Positions 48,851 to 60,574 of a stretch of 64,000 nucleotides of DNA are shown one piece after another (within the stretch, counting starts at the first letter, position 1; each line of letters opens with the position of its first letter). Position numbers and translations under genes: made by a program. Source of the stretch: Torpedo marmorata (taxonomy: Eukaryota); assembly GCA_977017645.1 (NCBI GenBank), contig OZ360222.1, positions 208,196,001 to 208,260,000 on the forward strand. The letters are read 5' to 3'. The notes beneath the pieces are model-generated. The model was not told where the DNA came from. It saw only the letters and a program-made list of their open reading frames with translations, and did no database searches.

Positions 48851-50027
48851 AACACAAATGCTGGAGAAACTCAGCAGGTCAAACAGGGTCTTTTATGTAG
48901 CAACGGTAGAAATACATAACCGACGTTTCGGGCTTGAGCCCTTCATCAAAGTATGAGAAAATGCCGGCAGGCGTCCGAACAAAAGAGTGGGGGGGGGGGA
49001 AGGGGGAGTGGCAAAGGCAGGAGATGATAGGTGGAGAAAGGAGGGAGGGGACAGCAGCAAAGAGGGGGAGGAGGGATGGCTGGGTGGGTGTAAAAAAACA
49101 GGAAGGACAGGTGAGGGGAAAAGACAAGCAGGTTTAGTGGAAAGCAGAAAAGTCAATGTTAATGCCATCTGGCTGGAGAGTGCCCAGACGGAAAATGAGA
49201 TGTTGTTCCTCCAATTTGCGAGTAGTCTGGGTGGGATAGTACATAAGGCCATGGACAGACATGTGAGTGTGGGAGTGTGACCCGGAATTGAAATGGTTGG
49301 CTACTGGGAGGTCGCTGTTGTTGCGGACGGAGAGGAGGTGCTCAGCAAAGCGATCTCCCAATCTACGACCGGTCTCGCCGATGTAGAGAAAGCCACAAAG
49401 GGAGCACTGGATGCAGTAAATAAGTTCTCTGGATGTACAAGTGAAGTGTAGCTTCACTTGAAAGGCCTGTTTGGGGCCCTGGACCGTGGTGAGGGGGGAG
49501 GTGTGGGCGCAGGTGTTGCACCTCCTGCGAGCACAGGGGAAGGTGCCGGGGGATGCGATGAGTGGGGAGGGATGAGTGCACGAGGGAATCGCAGAGGGAG
49601 CGGTCCCTGCGGAAGGCCAAGAGGGGAGGAGAAGGAAAAATGTGTCTGGTGGTAGGATCCTGTAGTAAGTGCCGGAAATTCCGGCGGATAATGTGTTGGA
49701 TGCGGAGGCTGGTGGGGTGGTAGGTGAGGATGAGGGGGATTCTATGTTTATTGCGTCTGGGGGCAGAGGGGGCCAGGGCAGATGAGCGGAAAATGGAGGA
49801 AATGCGGGTGAGGGCTGAGTTGATGGTGGTGGAGGGGAAGCCACGTTTGTGGAAGAAGGCAGACATTTCAGAAGATCTGGACTGGAAGACCTCATCTTGG
49901 GAACAGATGTGGCAGAGACGGAGAAATTGAGAGAAGGTGATGGAATCCTTGCAGGGGACAGGGTGTGAGGAAGTGTAGTCCAGATAGTTGTGGGAGTTGG
50001 AGGGTTTGTAGTAAATGTCAGTGGAAA
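48851..50027 (-). mobile_element. Penelope-like element, 5'-truncated (RT thumb/linker + GIY-YIG + 3' terminus)
   Basis: Frameshifted ORFs 49134..50138 and 49363..49866: SAFFHKRGFPS...RIPLILTYHP and LIYCIQCSLCGFLYIGETGRRLGDRFAEH...LGTLQPDGINIDF. Confidence 0.92.
48915..48955 (-). ncRNA. Putative minimal hammerhead ribozyme (U3 variant) in the Penelope 3' end
   Basis: Minus strand reads CAUACU-UUGAUGA-A-GGGC(UCAA)GCCC-GAAAC-GUC-GGUUAUG. Stem II is intact, stem III is the loopless palindrome ACGU and stem I pairs with one bulge. Confidence 0.6.
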
Positions 50028-50029
50028 GC

Positions 50030-50335
50030 TCAACACGTTTTGCAACCAGCGCACAAAGGAAATTAATGTGCGCACAAAGTAGTTCAAAGTATAGAATAAA
50101 ATCTTAACTAAATACATTACTTCGTAGAATGCAATCATAATTGTATTATATTAAAACATGCCAATACAGTTTTATTAGCCATAAGAGAGAGGCTGTGCCA
50201 AAATTATCTTGAAAGAATTTCAAGTTTACATTTGCACAAGCATTCAGTGCACACATACTTTTGTCACAGGAAAAAAATTTGCACAACATAAGATTTTTTG
50301 CACACACTGACTACTAAAAATTAGAGAAAACATTG
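50030..50335. mobile_element. hAT-like MITE fragment (one end only)
   Basis: Ends ...aaaaattagagaaaacattg with internal gcgcac repeats. The other TIR was not found. Confidence 0.45.
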
Positions 50336-50339
50336 CTCG

Positions 50340-51470
50340 TAATCCTCTATTTTTCTTTCATCCATGTTCCTGTCTAAGAGTCTCTTAACTGCCCCCAATG
50401 TTTCAGCCTCCACCACCATCCCCGGCAAGGCATTCCAGGCACCCATAACTCTCTGTGTAAAAAACTTACCCTTGCTGTCTCCCCTAAACTTTCCTCCCTT
50501 CACTTTGTGGAGATGTCTCCTGGTGTTTGCTATTCCTGCCCTGGGAAAAAGGCACTAGCTGTCCACCTTATCTATGCCTCTCAGAACGTTGTAGACCTCT
50601 TATCCTTCTTTGATCCAAAGAGAAATGTTCCAGCTTTGCTAACCTTACCTCATAAGACTTTTTTTCCCAATCCAGGCAACATCCTGGTAAATCTCTGCAC
50701 CCTCTCCATGGCTTCCACATCCTTCCTATAATGAGGTGACAAGAACTGAACACAATACTCTTAAGTGTGGTCTCACCATAAATTTGTAGAGTTGCAACAT
50801 GACCTCTCAACTCTTGAACTCAATCCCCCTATTTATGAAGCTCAGCATCCCATAGGCCTTTTTAACTACCCTTGTAAAGTTCTATTAAGTCACCTCTCAT
50901 CCATCTTCACTCCAAAGAGAAAAGCCTCTGCTAAACTTGCCTCCTTAGACATTCTCCAATCCAGGCAACATCCTGGTAAATCTCCTCTGCACCCTCTCCA
51001 TAGCTTCCACATCCTTCATGAAATGAGGTGAACAGAACTGAACACAATATTCCAAGTGTGGTCTAACCAGAGTTTTATAGAGCTGCAACATTACCTCGCG
51101 ACTCTTGAACTTAATGCCCCGACTAATGAAGACCAGCTATCATAAGCCTTCTTAACTACTCTATCATCTGCGCAGCAACCTTGAGAGATGTATAGATTTG
51201 GGCCCCAAGGTCCCTCTGTTCCTCCACACTGTTAAGTATCCGACCATTAACCCTGTACTCAGCCTTCAGGTTTGACCTTCCAAAATGCATCACCTCGCAC
51301 TTATCGGGATTGAACTCCATCTGCCACTTTTCCGCCCAACTCTGCATCCTGTCTATATTAATCTACGACAACCTTCAGCACTATTCTCAACTCCTCCAAC
51401 CTTCATATCATCATCAAACTTACTGACCTATCCTTCCACTTCTTCATCTAGGTTATTTATAAAAATCACA
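50340..51470 (-). mobile_element. CR1-type LINE RT/C-terminal fragments (two overlapping pieces)
   Basis: WAEKWQMEFNPDKCEVMHFG...EEQRDLG and KFFTQRVMGAWNALPG. The segment ccaatccaggcaacatcctggtaaatct occurs twice (about 50667 and 50956). Confidence 0.88.
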
Positions 51471-51643
51471 AAGAGTGTTTTTTTTTCTCATCTTTGGCTG
51501 GGAAAGGAAGCCATTTGTAGCTCCCAGCACCAACTGTGCTGAGCTGGGAGCAACCCAGCTCGACTGGCTCTGATTGATTGACTGACTGGTTGAGAGTTAG
51601 CAACTGAGCAGAGAGGAGTGGACCATATGGTTATGGTTTAGAT

Positions 51644-51792
51644 CAGAGGTACTCAACCTTTTTTTTCCACTCACATACCACCTTAAGTAATCCCTTACTA
51701 ATCACAGAGCACCTATACTATACGTGCTCCGTGGTTAGTAAGGGATTACTTAAGGCGGTTTGTGAGTGAAAAAAAAAGGTTGAGAATCACTG
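51644..51792. mobile_element. hAT (Charlie-like) palindromic MITE
   Basis: Nearly complete 149-bp hairpin, cagaggtactcaacc...ggttgagaatcactg. Degenerate 8-bp TSD gtttagat / gtttaaaa. Confidence 0.8.
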
Positions 51793-51844
51793 GTTTAAAA
51801 AGTAAGTGAATATCATTCTGTATGTTTCAGTGCTCACTCTTTCA

Positions 51845-52248
51845 ACACAAAAATGCTGGAGAAACTCAGCAAGTCACGCAGCCTTTTTTTATACAGCAAA
51901 GATAAAGATACAGGTACATAACGAACGTTTCGGGCCTGAGCCCTTCGTCAGGGTATGAGCAAACAGCACCTGAATAAAATGGTGGGGGGTGGGGGTGGGG
52001 CAGGGGGAGGAGCACAGGCCCACAGGCAAGAGGTCATAGGTGGATATGGGTGGGAGGGCACATGAGAAAAAAACTGAGAAGTGATAGAGGGAGGGGATAG
52101 CTCTGAATGGAGATGGAGGAGGATGGAGAGTTGGAGGAAAAGAGGCAGAGGGGTGGGAAGAGAGGGAGATGGGGAATGGCCTAATGGAAACCAGATTAGT
52201 CAATGTTAATGCCATCCGGTTGGAGAGTGGCCAGGCAGAATATTAGGT
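51845..52248 (-). mobile_element. Penelope-like 3' fragment with HHR-like motif (51917-51957)
   Basis: Minus strand reads cataccCTGACGAagggctcaggcccGAAACgttcgttatg. Contains the end of the ORF (aatgccatccggttggagagtg on +). Confidence 0.8.
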
Positions 52249-52404
52249 AGCAGTGATTTTTGCCAAAACATTTCCTCCTTCACATGGATAGCACAGAATT
52301 TGTCTGCTATGTTGTCTTATTTGTACCTCTACTTGACTTTGCCTGTTTGGTATATGGTTGAAATGGCTAGAAATGGGCTAAATTGTAAATTCACTTTAAA
52401 AATA

Positions 52405-52520
52405 CAGGTTCAAATGCCACTTCAAATTATCCAGACAGACCCTGCACTCAGGGAGTGCTGTACTGATGGAGTGATGTGATATTAAACCAAGGGCTAGCCA
52501 AGTGGAGGTGAAACCTCCCA
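52405..52520 (+). mobile_element. Ancient Deu-domain-like SINE, 5' part (continues at about 53410-53447 and 57850-57957)
   Basis: ggttcaaatgccact...cagggagtgctgtactgatggag...tattaaaccaaggg resembles shark Deu-SINE sequence, recognised from memory. Confidence 0.5.
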
Positions 52521-52526
52521 GGACCA

Positions 52527-53400
52527 AGATTCAAGATTCAAGATTCAATTTATTGTCATAGTAATAAGACAGTGTCATATTCCATGAAATTTCTTTTTGC
52601 ATGCTGCAAGGCAGACAGATTCGCCACCGGCAGAAATTGCCTAAGCGCCTCTAACATTCCTCACAGTCAGAGAAAGAGAAGCAAAAGAAAGTCCCCCCAG
52701 AGTCACCAAGTGTCCATAGATTCGCCTCCAGCGATTCCGCAGCCACACAGAGTCCAGTCCAAACGATCGGCATCCCGACCTCCAGATCCGAACCTCCATG
52801 AACCTCCAACACGGTCAGGTCGCCCTCGGCACCCCCTCGCATCCCGGTTCTGATACCTGGTACTCCTCCAGCCAGTTCGAGCCAGCCTCCAGCAGTCCGC
52901 AGCCCGGTGTGAGTCCTCCGACAGCAGTCTCCAGCAGCCCACAGCCTCCGCGGGTTCCTCGCCTTGAGTTGCCAGCAGCCCGCCGCTGGTCCTTCAGCCT
53001 CAGATCCCCTCACTGGTCCGCCGCCCTGGTCACCGTCCCGTGGGTCGTCTCCTCCGCTTCTCCTTCTCAGACAGGGGTGATCTTCCCGCCCTCTGGTGCC
53101 CTGCTCCAGTCCTCCGCTTCCCCGGAATCTGCAGCCCCTTGTGGCTGCTGCCAGTTAAAAGGCGCTGCCATCTTGGGCGCAGACCCCGCGGTCGCGGAAT
53201 CTTAAATAAAACCACCGTCGGCTCCTTTAATGGGCCATTCAAAGCCCGTGCGGAACCGACAGTAGTCGACTGGGCGGCTGGACCCTGCGGGAGCGCTGTA
53301 TCTCTGCACCCATGCTCCCCGCGGGTCCGCACCAGCGGCAGCGCTGCTACTACAGCGGCTCCGGCAGCGCCGCCATTTCCTTTGCACCAGAATGGTTTTC
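52527..53400 (-). mobile_element. Non-autonomous element with a Rex1/Babar-like microsatellite tail and GC-rich 5' body
   Basis: (aagattc)n tail followed by tttattgtcat (minus strand atgacaataaa). CpG-rich non-coding body. Confidence 0.55.
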
Positions 53401-53449
53401 GTCATTTGGAACACATTTATCCCTCAATCAACAATAACTAAAACAGAGT

Positions 53450-55455
53450 GAAACACGAAACTCTGCAGACACTGTGATTGTAGTAAAAAACCCTCTGAAA
53501 TGCTGTTCTCAGCCAGTTTTCCATAGGAGACAAAGATATATTGTTGATGTTTCGGGCCTGAGCCCATCTTTAAGGAATAAGCAGAATGAGCAAAAAAACA
53601 GGAAATCTTAGAGTACAGACAATGCTGGCTGGGGGAGGAGTCCAGACCAACAAAAGGTGTTAATTGGATATGATAAGGGGAGAGGTGAGAATTGATTATG
53701 TCTGTGCGAAAGGTGACGGAAAAGAGGGGAGAGACAGACAGAGCTGGGGGAAGATGACAGGCGTGGGTGGGAGGGTATTAACGAACGCCAGAGAAGTCGA
53801 TATTAATGCCATCCGGTCGGAGGGTACACAGTAGGAAGATGAGGTGTTGTTCCTCCAGTTTGCGGGTGGTCTCAGTCTGTCAGTGCATGAGACCATGGAC
53901 AGACATGTCAGCAAGGGAATGAGATGGTGAATTGAAATGGATGGCCATTGGGAGATCCACGCTATTGCGGTGGACAGAGCCAAGGTGCTCAACAAAGCGA
54001 TCGCCCAGTCTGCGCCCAGTCTCTCTGATGTGGAGACCACAACGGGAGCACTGGATGCAGTAGATGACCCCTGCAGATTCACAAGTGAAATGTTGCTTCA
54101 CTTGGAAGGACAGTTTGGGGCCCCGAATGGTGGTGAGGGAGGAGGTGTGGGCGCAAGTGGAGCATCTCCTGTGGTCACAGGGGTAGGTACCAAGGGGATG
54201 ATTGGTGGGGAGGGATGAGTCAAGGGAGTCACGGAGGGAGCAGTCCCTGCGGAAGGCAGAGAGGGGAGGAGAGAGGAATACGTGTCCAGTGGTGGGATCA
54301 CGTAATAGGTGGCAGAAATGGCGGAGGAGGAAGTGTTTTATGCGTAGGCTGGTGGGGTGGTAGGTGAGGACAAGAGGAATTTTGTCCTTGTTGCACATGG
54401 GGGCGCAGGGGGCCAGGGCAGATGTGTGGGTAATGGAGGATATGCAGGTGAGGGCCAAGTTAATAGTGGTAAAGTCACATTGTTTGAAGAAGAAGGACAC
54501 CTCTGTTGATCTGGCATGGAAGTCCTCGTCCTGGGTGCAGATGCGATGGAGACGGAGGAATTGAGAGAATGGAATGGAATCCTTACAGGGGACAGGGTGG
54601 GAAGAGGTGTAGTCGAGGTAACTGTGGGAGTTGGTGGGTTTGTAGAAGATGTCTGTCGAGAGTTTGTCTCCCGAGATGGAGACAGGGAGATCGAGGAAAG
54701 AGAGAGTGTTGCTGGAGATGGACCAAGTGAATTTGAGGTCAGTGTAGAAATTGGCAGCAAAGTGGATGAAGTCGATGAGCTCATCATGGGTACATGAGGC
54801 AGCACCAAAGTAGTTATCGATGTAGCGTAGGAGGTTGAGGGGCCTTGCCTGTGTAGTCTTGTAGCATGGATTGCTCCACGTAGCTAACAAAAAGGCAGGC
54901 ATAGCTGGGGCCCATGCGGGTACCCATGGCTACCCCTTTGACCTGGAGAAAGTGGGATGAGTCAAAGGAGAAATTATTGAGGTGAAGACAAATTCTGCCA
55001 GCCGAAGGAGGGTGGTGGTGGAGAGGGACAGGTTGGATCTATTGTCCAGAAAGAAACGAAGGGTTTTGAGGCATTCGGTATGGGGGATGTAGGATTGGAT
55101 GTCCATGGTAAACATGACGTGATCGAGTTCAGGGAACTGGAAGTTGTTGAAGTGATGGAGGGCGTGTGAAGTGTCCCGGATGTAGGTGGGGAGGGACTGG
55201 AGCAGAGGGGACAAAACAGAGTCAAGGTAAGCGGAGACCAATTTGGTGGGGCAGGAGCACGTGGACACGATGGGTCTGCTGGGACGATTAGGATTGTGGA
55301 TCTTGGGTAAAGGTAAAGGTAAAGGTAAAGGTTCCATTATTGTCACGTAATACTACATTTAGAATGTAACATACATGAAATTCTTTAATTTTTGTCTTCC
55401 GTAAGGCAGACAGAGGGTCGCTACTTTGTCCAGCGCCCCTCAAGGAGGTAGAAAC
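53450..55455 (-). mobile_element. Penelope-like element (RT + GIY-YIG), degenerate
   Basis: PKIHNPNRPSRPIVS...LVSAYLDSVL, LRYIDNYFG, SFLDL, KPTNSHSYLDYTSSHP and VIYCIQCSRCGLHIRETG. Interrupted at 55308-55440. Confidence 0.92.
55308..55440 (-). mobile_element. Short LINE/SINE 3' tail with (ggtaaa)n inserted in Penelope
   Basis: ggtaaaggtaaaggtaaaggtaaaggttccattattgtcacg... Penelope-like sequence appears to resume at about 55441. Confidence 0.6.
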
Positions 55456-55494
55456 CTCAGGTTATCTCAGGCAATTTACCGGTTCGGTACCTTA

Positions 55495-57850
55495 TTGCTG
55501 TAAAAACACAACGCTGGAGAAACTCAGCAGGTCAAACAGTGTACTTTATATAGCAAAGATAAAGATACATAACCAACGTTTTTGGCTTGAGCCCTTCGTT
55601 AAGGTATGGAAAAATGTTGGCAGGCGCCCGAACAAAATGATGGGGGGGGGAGAGGCAGGGGGAGGAACAGGATCCCAAAGGCAGTAGGTAATAGGTGGAT
55701 AAGGGAGGGAGGGCACACCAGCAAGCAGAGGGAGGAGGGATGGCTCTGTGAATTGAGAGGGAAGGGAGAGCTGGAGGAAAGAAGACAAAGAAGGGAAGGG
55801 AGGGAGAACGGAGAGCAGGTTAGCAGAAACCGGAGAAGTCGATGTTAATGCCATCTGGTTGGAGAGTGCCCAGACGGAAAATCAAGTATTGTTCCTCCAA
55901 TTTTCGGGTGGTCTTGGTGGGATAGTACATGAGGCCATGGACAGACATGTGAGCATGGGAGTGGGGCGCAGAATTGAAATGGTTGGCCACTGGGAGATCC
56001 CTGTCACTGATGCGGACAGAGCGAAAGTGCTCAGCAAAATGATCTCCCAGTCTGCGCCCAGTCTCTGTTGCTTCACTTGAAAGGACTGTTTGGGGTCCCG
56101 AATGGTGGTGAGGAAGGAGGTGTGGGCACAAGTGTGGCACTTGCTGCGGCCATAGGGAAAGATGGCGGGTGGTCGATTGGTGGGGAAGGATGAGTGGACA
56201 AAGGAGTTACGTAGGGAGAGGTCCCTACGGAAGACAGAGAGGGGAGGAGATGGGAAGATGTGTCTAGTAGTGGGATCATGTTGGAGGTGGCGGAAATCGC
56301 AGAGGATAATGTGTTGGATGCGGAGGCTTGTGGGGTGGTAGGTAAGGACAAGGGGAATCCAGTGTTTGTTACGTCTGACTTCAGAGGGGGCCAGGGCAGA
56401 TGAGTGGGAAATGGAGGAGATGCGGGTGAGGGCTGAGTTGATGGTGGTGGAGGGGAAGCCACGTTTGTGGAAGAAGGCGGACATTTCAGATGATCTAGAC
56501 TTTAAGACTGCATCTTGGGAACAAATGCTGCAGAGACGGAGAAATTGCGAGAAGGGAATAGAATCCTTGCAGGGGACTGGGTGTGAAGAAGTGTAGTCGA
56601 GGTAGTTGTGGGAGTTAGTGCGTTTGTAAAATGTGTCTGTGGAAAGCTTGTCTCCCGAGATGGAGACAGAGAGATCAAGAAAGGGGAGAGTGTTGGCGGA
56701 GATGGACCAGGTGAATTTGAGATTGGGGTGGAAGTTTGCCGCGAAGTAAATGAAGTCAATGAGCTCATCACAGGTGCATGAGGCAGCCCCGACGTAGTCG
56801 TCAGAATAGCGGAGGAAGAGTTGAGGGGCCTTGCCTGTGTAGGCTTGCAGCATGGATTGCTCCACAAAGCCCAGAAGCAGGTAGACATAGCTGGGAACCA
56901 TACAGGTACCCTTGGCCACTTCTTTATTTTGAAGGAAGTGGGATGAGTCAAAGGAGAAGTTATTAAGAGTGAGAACATGGAGAGAATGCAGGAAGAGTGG
57001 CGATCATACCCATATTCTTTGGGACTGTCCCAAATTATATCAATATTGGAGAGATATTCAGGTGGAAATTAAACAAATCATGGGGGTAGATCTACCTTTG
57101 GAGCCAACATATTTTATATTGGGAGTGACTCCAGAGGATATAGATACCAAAAACCAGGCATGTTTACTTGGGGTGTTGCTGTTGATCGCAAAGAAGATGA
57201 TTACAGTATTATGGAGAAATGTAAAACCACCAACTGCCCAACGATGGAGGGAAAGATTAAAAAGTGTATATTTGATGGAAAGCATAACAGCTAAACTCCA
57301 ACTAAGGACTGATGTTTTCAACATCAAGTGGTCACCGGTAATACTACATTTACCGAGATTGATTAAGAATATAACCTCTCCGTAATCTCAGTGGTGGAGG
57401 AGTTCGACCGGTGCACTCTACATGTAATTGGAGTAATTTATACAGATGAAATTGTGATTGTATACAAGTGCATATATAGTGATGACACAGTGATAAATTT
57501 AATAAGATTTATTCTGACCCTCTCCTCTTTAAGCTCAAAAGTGTCACAATGGGCATATGAAGAAGTGTATGGTTAAATATATAGGTGACTGCATATTGGT
57601 TAGAATGAGGTTAATTGGGTGCCTAAATCTGTGATGCCTCTATGAACAGAACTCGCATAAGATAGATTGATGCGCTGTATACATCTGATATGTGATTTAT
57701 GTATTTATTTTGTATGCTCACAAGATATGACTGCATATGGAAATAAAAGTTAAGTTCCAAAAAAAAAGAGTGAGAACATGTTCTGCCAGGCCGAGGAGGG
57801 TGGTCGTGGAGGGTGGCTGGTTAGGTCTCTTGTCAAGAAAGAAAGAGCTT
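55495..57850 (-). mobile_element. Second tandem Penelope-like element (RT + partial GIY-YIG), interrupted by L1
   Basis: ORF 55882..56919 contains FLRYSDDYVG, PFLDL and YLDYTSSHP. The sequence continues past the L1 at 57781 and aligns with 54990-55035. Confidence 0.9.
56980..57765 (+). mobile_element. 5'-truncated L1/Tx1-clade LINE with poly(A) tail and 15-bp TSD
   Basis: ORF2 C-terminal Zn knuckle WRECRKSGDHTHILWDCPKLYQYW. AATAAA at about 57742 followed by an A-run. TSD aagagtgagaacatg at 56965-56979 and 57766-57780; TT|AAGA target. Confidence 0.9.
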
Positions 57851-58328
57851 TCATTGCTGTATGTGGGATCTTCCTGTTTGCAAATTGGCTGTCACGTTTG
57901 CCTTTACAAAACATTTTGGGATGTCCTGAGGATGTGAATGGCAATATATAAATTACATTCTGGGGGTAAAAATTCTTTACATGCATGATATAGAAAGCCG
58001 GCTTGTTGAACTCTACTTCTGAAATTAAGATCCATCAACTTCAATCAGCTGCATTCCAGAGTTTCAGGACATCAGAACTTGTTACCACATCAAGTGTTTC
58101 GCAGATACATCAGAGGATAAATGTTTACCCTCATGTCTTTAACCCTTTTAGTGGCGAGAGACCCAGTGGCCATTGCTTAATAAAGGATGTAGTGCATCTA
58201 ACTGGCTTGCAGTGATTTTGTGCAGTGATCTGTTTGTATGTGGTCTACTCCATCTGATCCCATCCTCTGGCTGTTTTTAACCGTGAGGATGCATAGAGTT
58301 TTATTATTATTAAATTATTATTATATTA

Positions 58329-59878
58329 AAGATCTGTGCTGACCAACTTACCAAGGTATTCACGGATATCTTCAATATCTCACTCCAGCAGGGCGTGGTA
58401 CCCACCTGTTTCAAACAGGCGTCAATCATATCGGTGCCCAAGAAGAGTGCAGTAACCTGCCTTAACGACTATCGACCAGTAGCACTTACATCAACAGTGA
58501 TGAAGTGTTTTGAAAGGCTGATGATGAAGCATATCAGCTCCTGTCTGAGCGGTGACATGGATCCACTCCAGTTCGCCTATCGTAGTAACAGGTTTACGGC
58601 GGATGCCATCTCACTGGCTCTACACAAAGCCCTGGAACACCTGGACAGCAAAGATGCATACATCAGGATGCTTTTTATCTAGTTCAGCATTTAACACCAT
58701 CATCCCCTCAAAACTGTTCAGCAAACTCCAAGACCTGGGAGTTAACACCCCACTGTGTAATTGGGTCATGGATTTCCTCACCTCCAGACCACAATCAGTG
58801 AAGATTGGTAAGAACTTCTCCACAATCTCCATCAGCCCCCTGCTCTACTCACTTTACACCTACGACTGTGTAGCTTGGTATGACAATAACACCATCTACA
58901 AATTTGCCGGCGATACCTCGGTAGTGGGTTGTATAAAGGAAGGGGATGTGTCAGCATACAGGATGGAGATTGAAAACTTGGCTGAATGGTGCACCAACAA
59001 CAACCTTGCACTCAATGTCACCAAAACTAAGGAGGTGATTGTTGACTTCAGGAAAGGAAAGCCAGAGGTATATAGTGATGACACAGTGATAAATTTAATA
59101 AGATTTAATCCAGTGATCATTGGGGTTCAGAGGTGGAGAGGGTGAGCAAATTTAAGTTTTTGGGAGTCACTATCTCGGAGGATCTTTCCTGGACCCAACA
59201 CACCAATGGCATCGTGAAGAAAGCACGTCAGCGCCTCTACTTCCTCAGGAGTTTGCAGAGGTTTGGTATGACATCAGAAACCCTGGCAAATTTCTACAGA
59301 GGTGTGGTGGAAAGTGTGCTGACGAGCTGCATCACGGTCTGGTATGGGATCACCAATACCCCTGAGCATAAAGCCCTCCAAAAGGTAGTGGACACAGCCC
59401 TGGATATCACAGGCAAAATTCTCCCCACTATTGAATACATCTACAGGGAACACTGCCGTTGGAGGGCAACAGCAATCATTAAAGACCCTCACCACCCAGC
59501 ACATGCTCTGTTCTCACTGCTACCATCAGGAAGGAGGTATAGGTGCCACAAGACTCGCACCACCAGGTTCAGGAACAGCTGCTACCCCGCCACCATCAGA
59601 CTCCTCAACGACAAACTCAATCAGAGACTCATTTAAGGACTCTTACTTGTGCACTTTATTGATTTTCTTTTGTTCTCTCTGTATTGCACAGTCAGTTTGT
59701 TTACATTTGTTATCTGTTTACAGTTCTTTATTTGTTTACATGTTTACATTGTTTACAGTTTATTTTTTGCACTACCAATTAGTGGTAATTCTGCCTCACC
59801 CGCAGGAAAAAGGAATCTCAGGGTTGTATGTGATGTCATGTATGTACTCTGACAATAAATCTGAATCTAAAATCTGAA
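58329..59878 (+). mobile_element. Rex1/Babar LINE (second subfamily), 5'-truncated, degenerate
   Basis: [16 protein letters not shown]...[29 protein letters not shown] and DPHHPAHALF. Tail aataaatctgaatctaaaatctgaa. Confidence 0.9.
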
Positions 59879-60523
59879 GGTTTGCAGAGTGAACTTATAT
59901 TTCAAAGACACAGAGACTGGGTTTTCTGCTCTTATCACAATTTTTCCTTTGCCAACTTCCATCTTCTTTATTCCTAAGATGCTCGTCAGTAAAGGAAGTA
60001 ACACCGTTGCTTCACAGAATAGTTTTGGGGGAATTCAATTTCATGGAGATGCTGGTGTCTATTTTCTCACTGGCTGGAGGAACAGGAAGCATGCATTCTA
60101 TTTTTCTCTCTTTTTAAAAAATATTTTGCCCTGCCAGAGTCTGCAGATGTGTATCAATAAATGAAGGCAATGCTTCTATAAAACTAATGGCGCTCAGGGG
60201 ACTCCGGGGAAACACAAGGCAATGAAAGCCTGCTGAACACTCTGAGTCTCACAATTGTTGGGTTCTGTAGGAGACTTTGGTCCCAGGGCTGACTGGAGGA
60301 CATGAAGTCTGAAGTCCTGCTGCTTCTTCCAGCCTCGGTCCAAACACACCCCTACTTCAGGTTACTTTCCTTTCACTCATCACAGCATGTGGATGTCACT
60401 GGCAATGCCAGCATTTATTGTCCATCTACGATTGCTCTTGACAAGAAAAAGCAATTTATGATCTATCAATTTGGTGGTCCGAGAGTCCCACGTAGGGTCA
60501 GACTGGGTAAGGTTGGCAGATTA

Positions 60524-60574
60524 CGAATTTCATGACTTGTTCATGACAATAAATTCTGATTCTGATTCTGATTC
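60524..60574 (+). mobile_element. Extremely 5'-truncated Rex1/Babar tail
   Basis: cgaatttcatgacttgttcatgacaataaattctgattctgattctgattc matches 38982-39027. Confidence 0.85.

Noticed and set aside
52572-53441. Cluster of overlapping 70-135 aa ORFs
   Set aside because: GC-rich body of a non-autonomous repeat, with no coherent protein motif.
53880-56919. Intact autonomous Penelope or telomerase-like RT gene
   Set aside because: Catalytic motifs are mutated (RYIDN, RYSDD), with frameshifts, 5' truncation and nested insertions.
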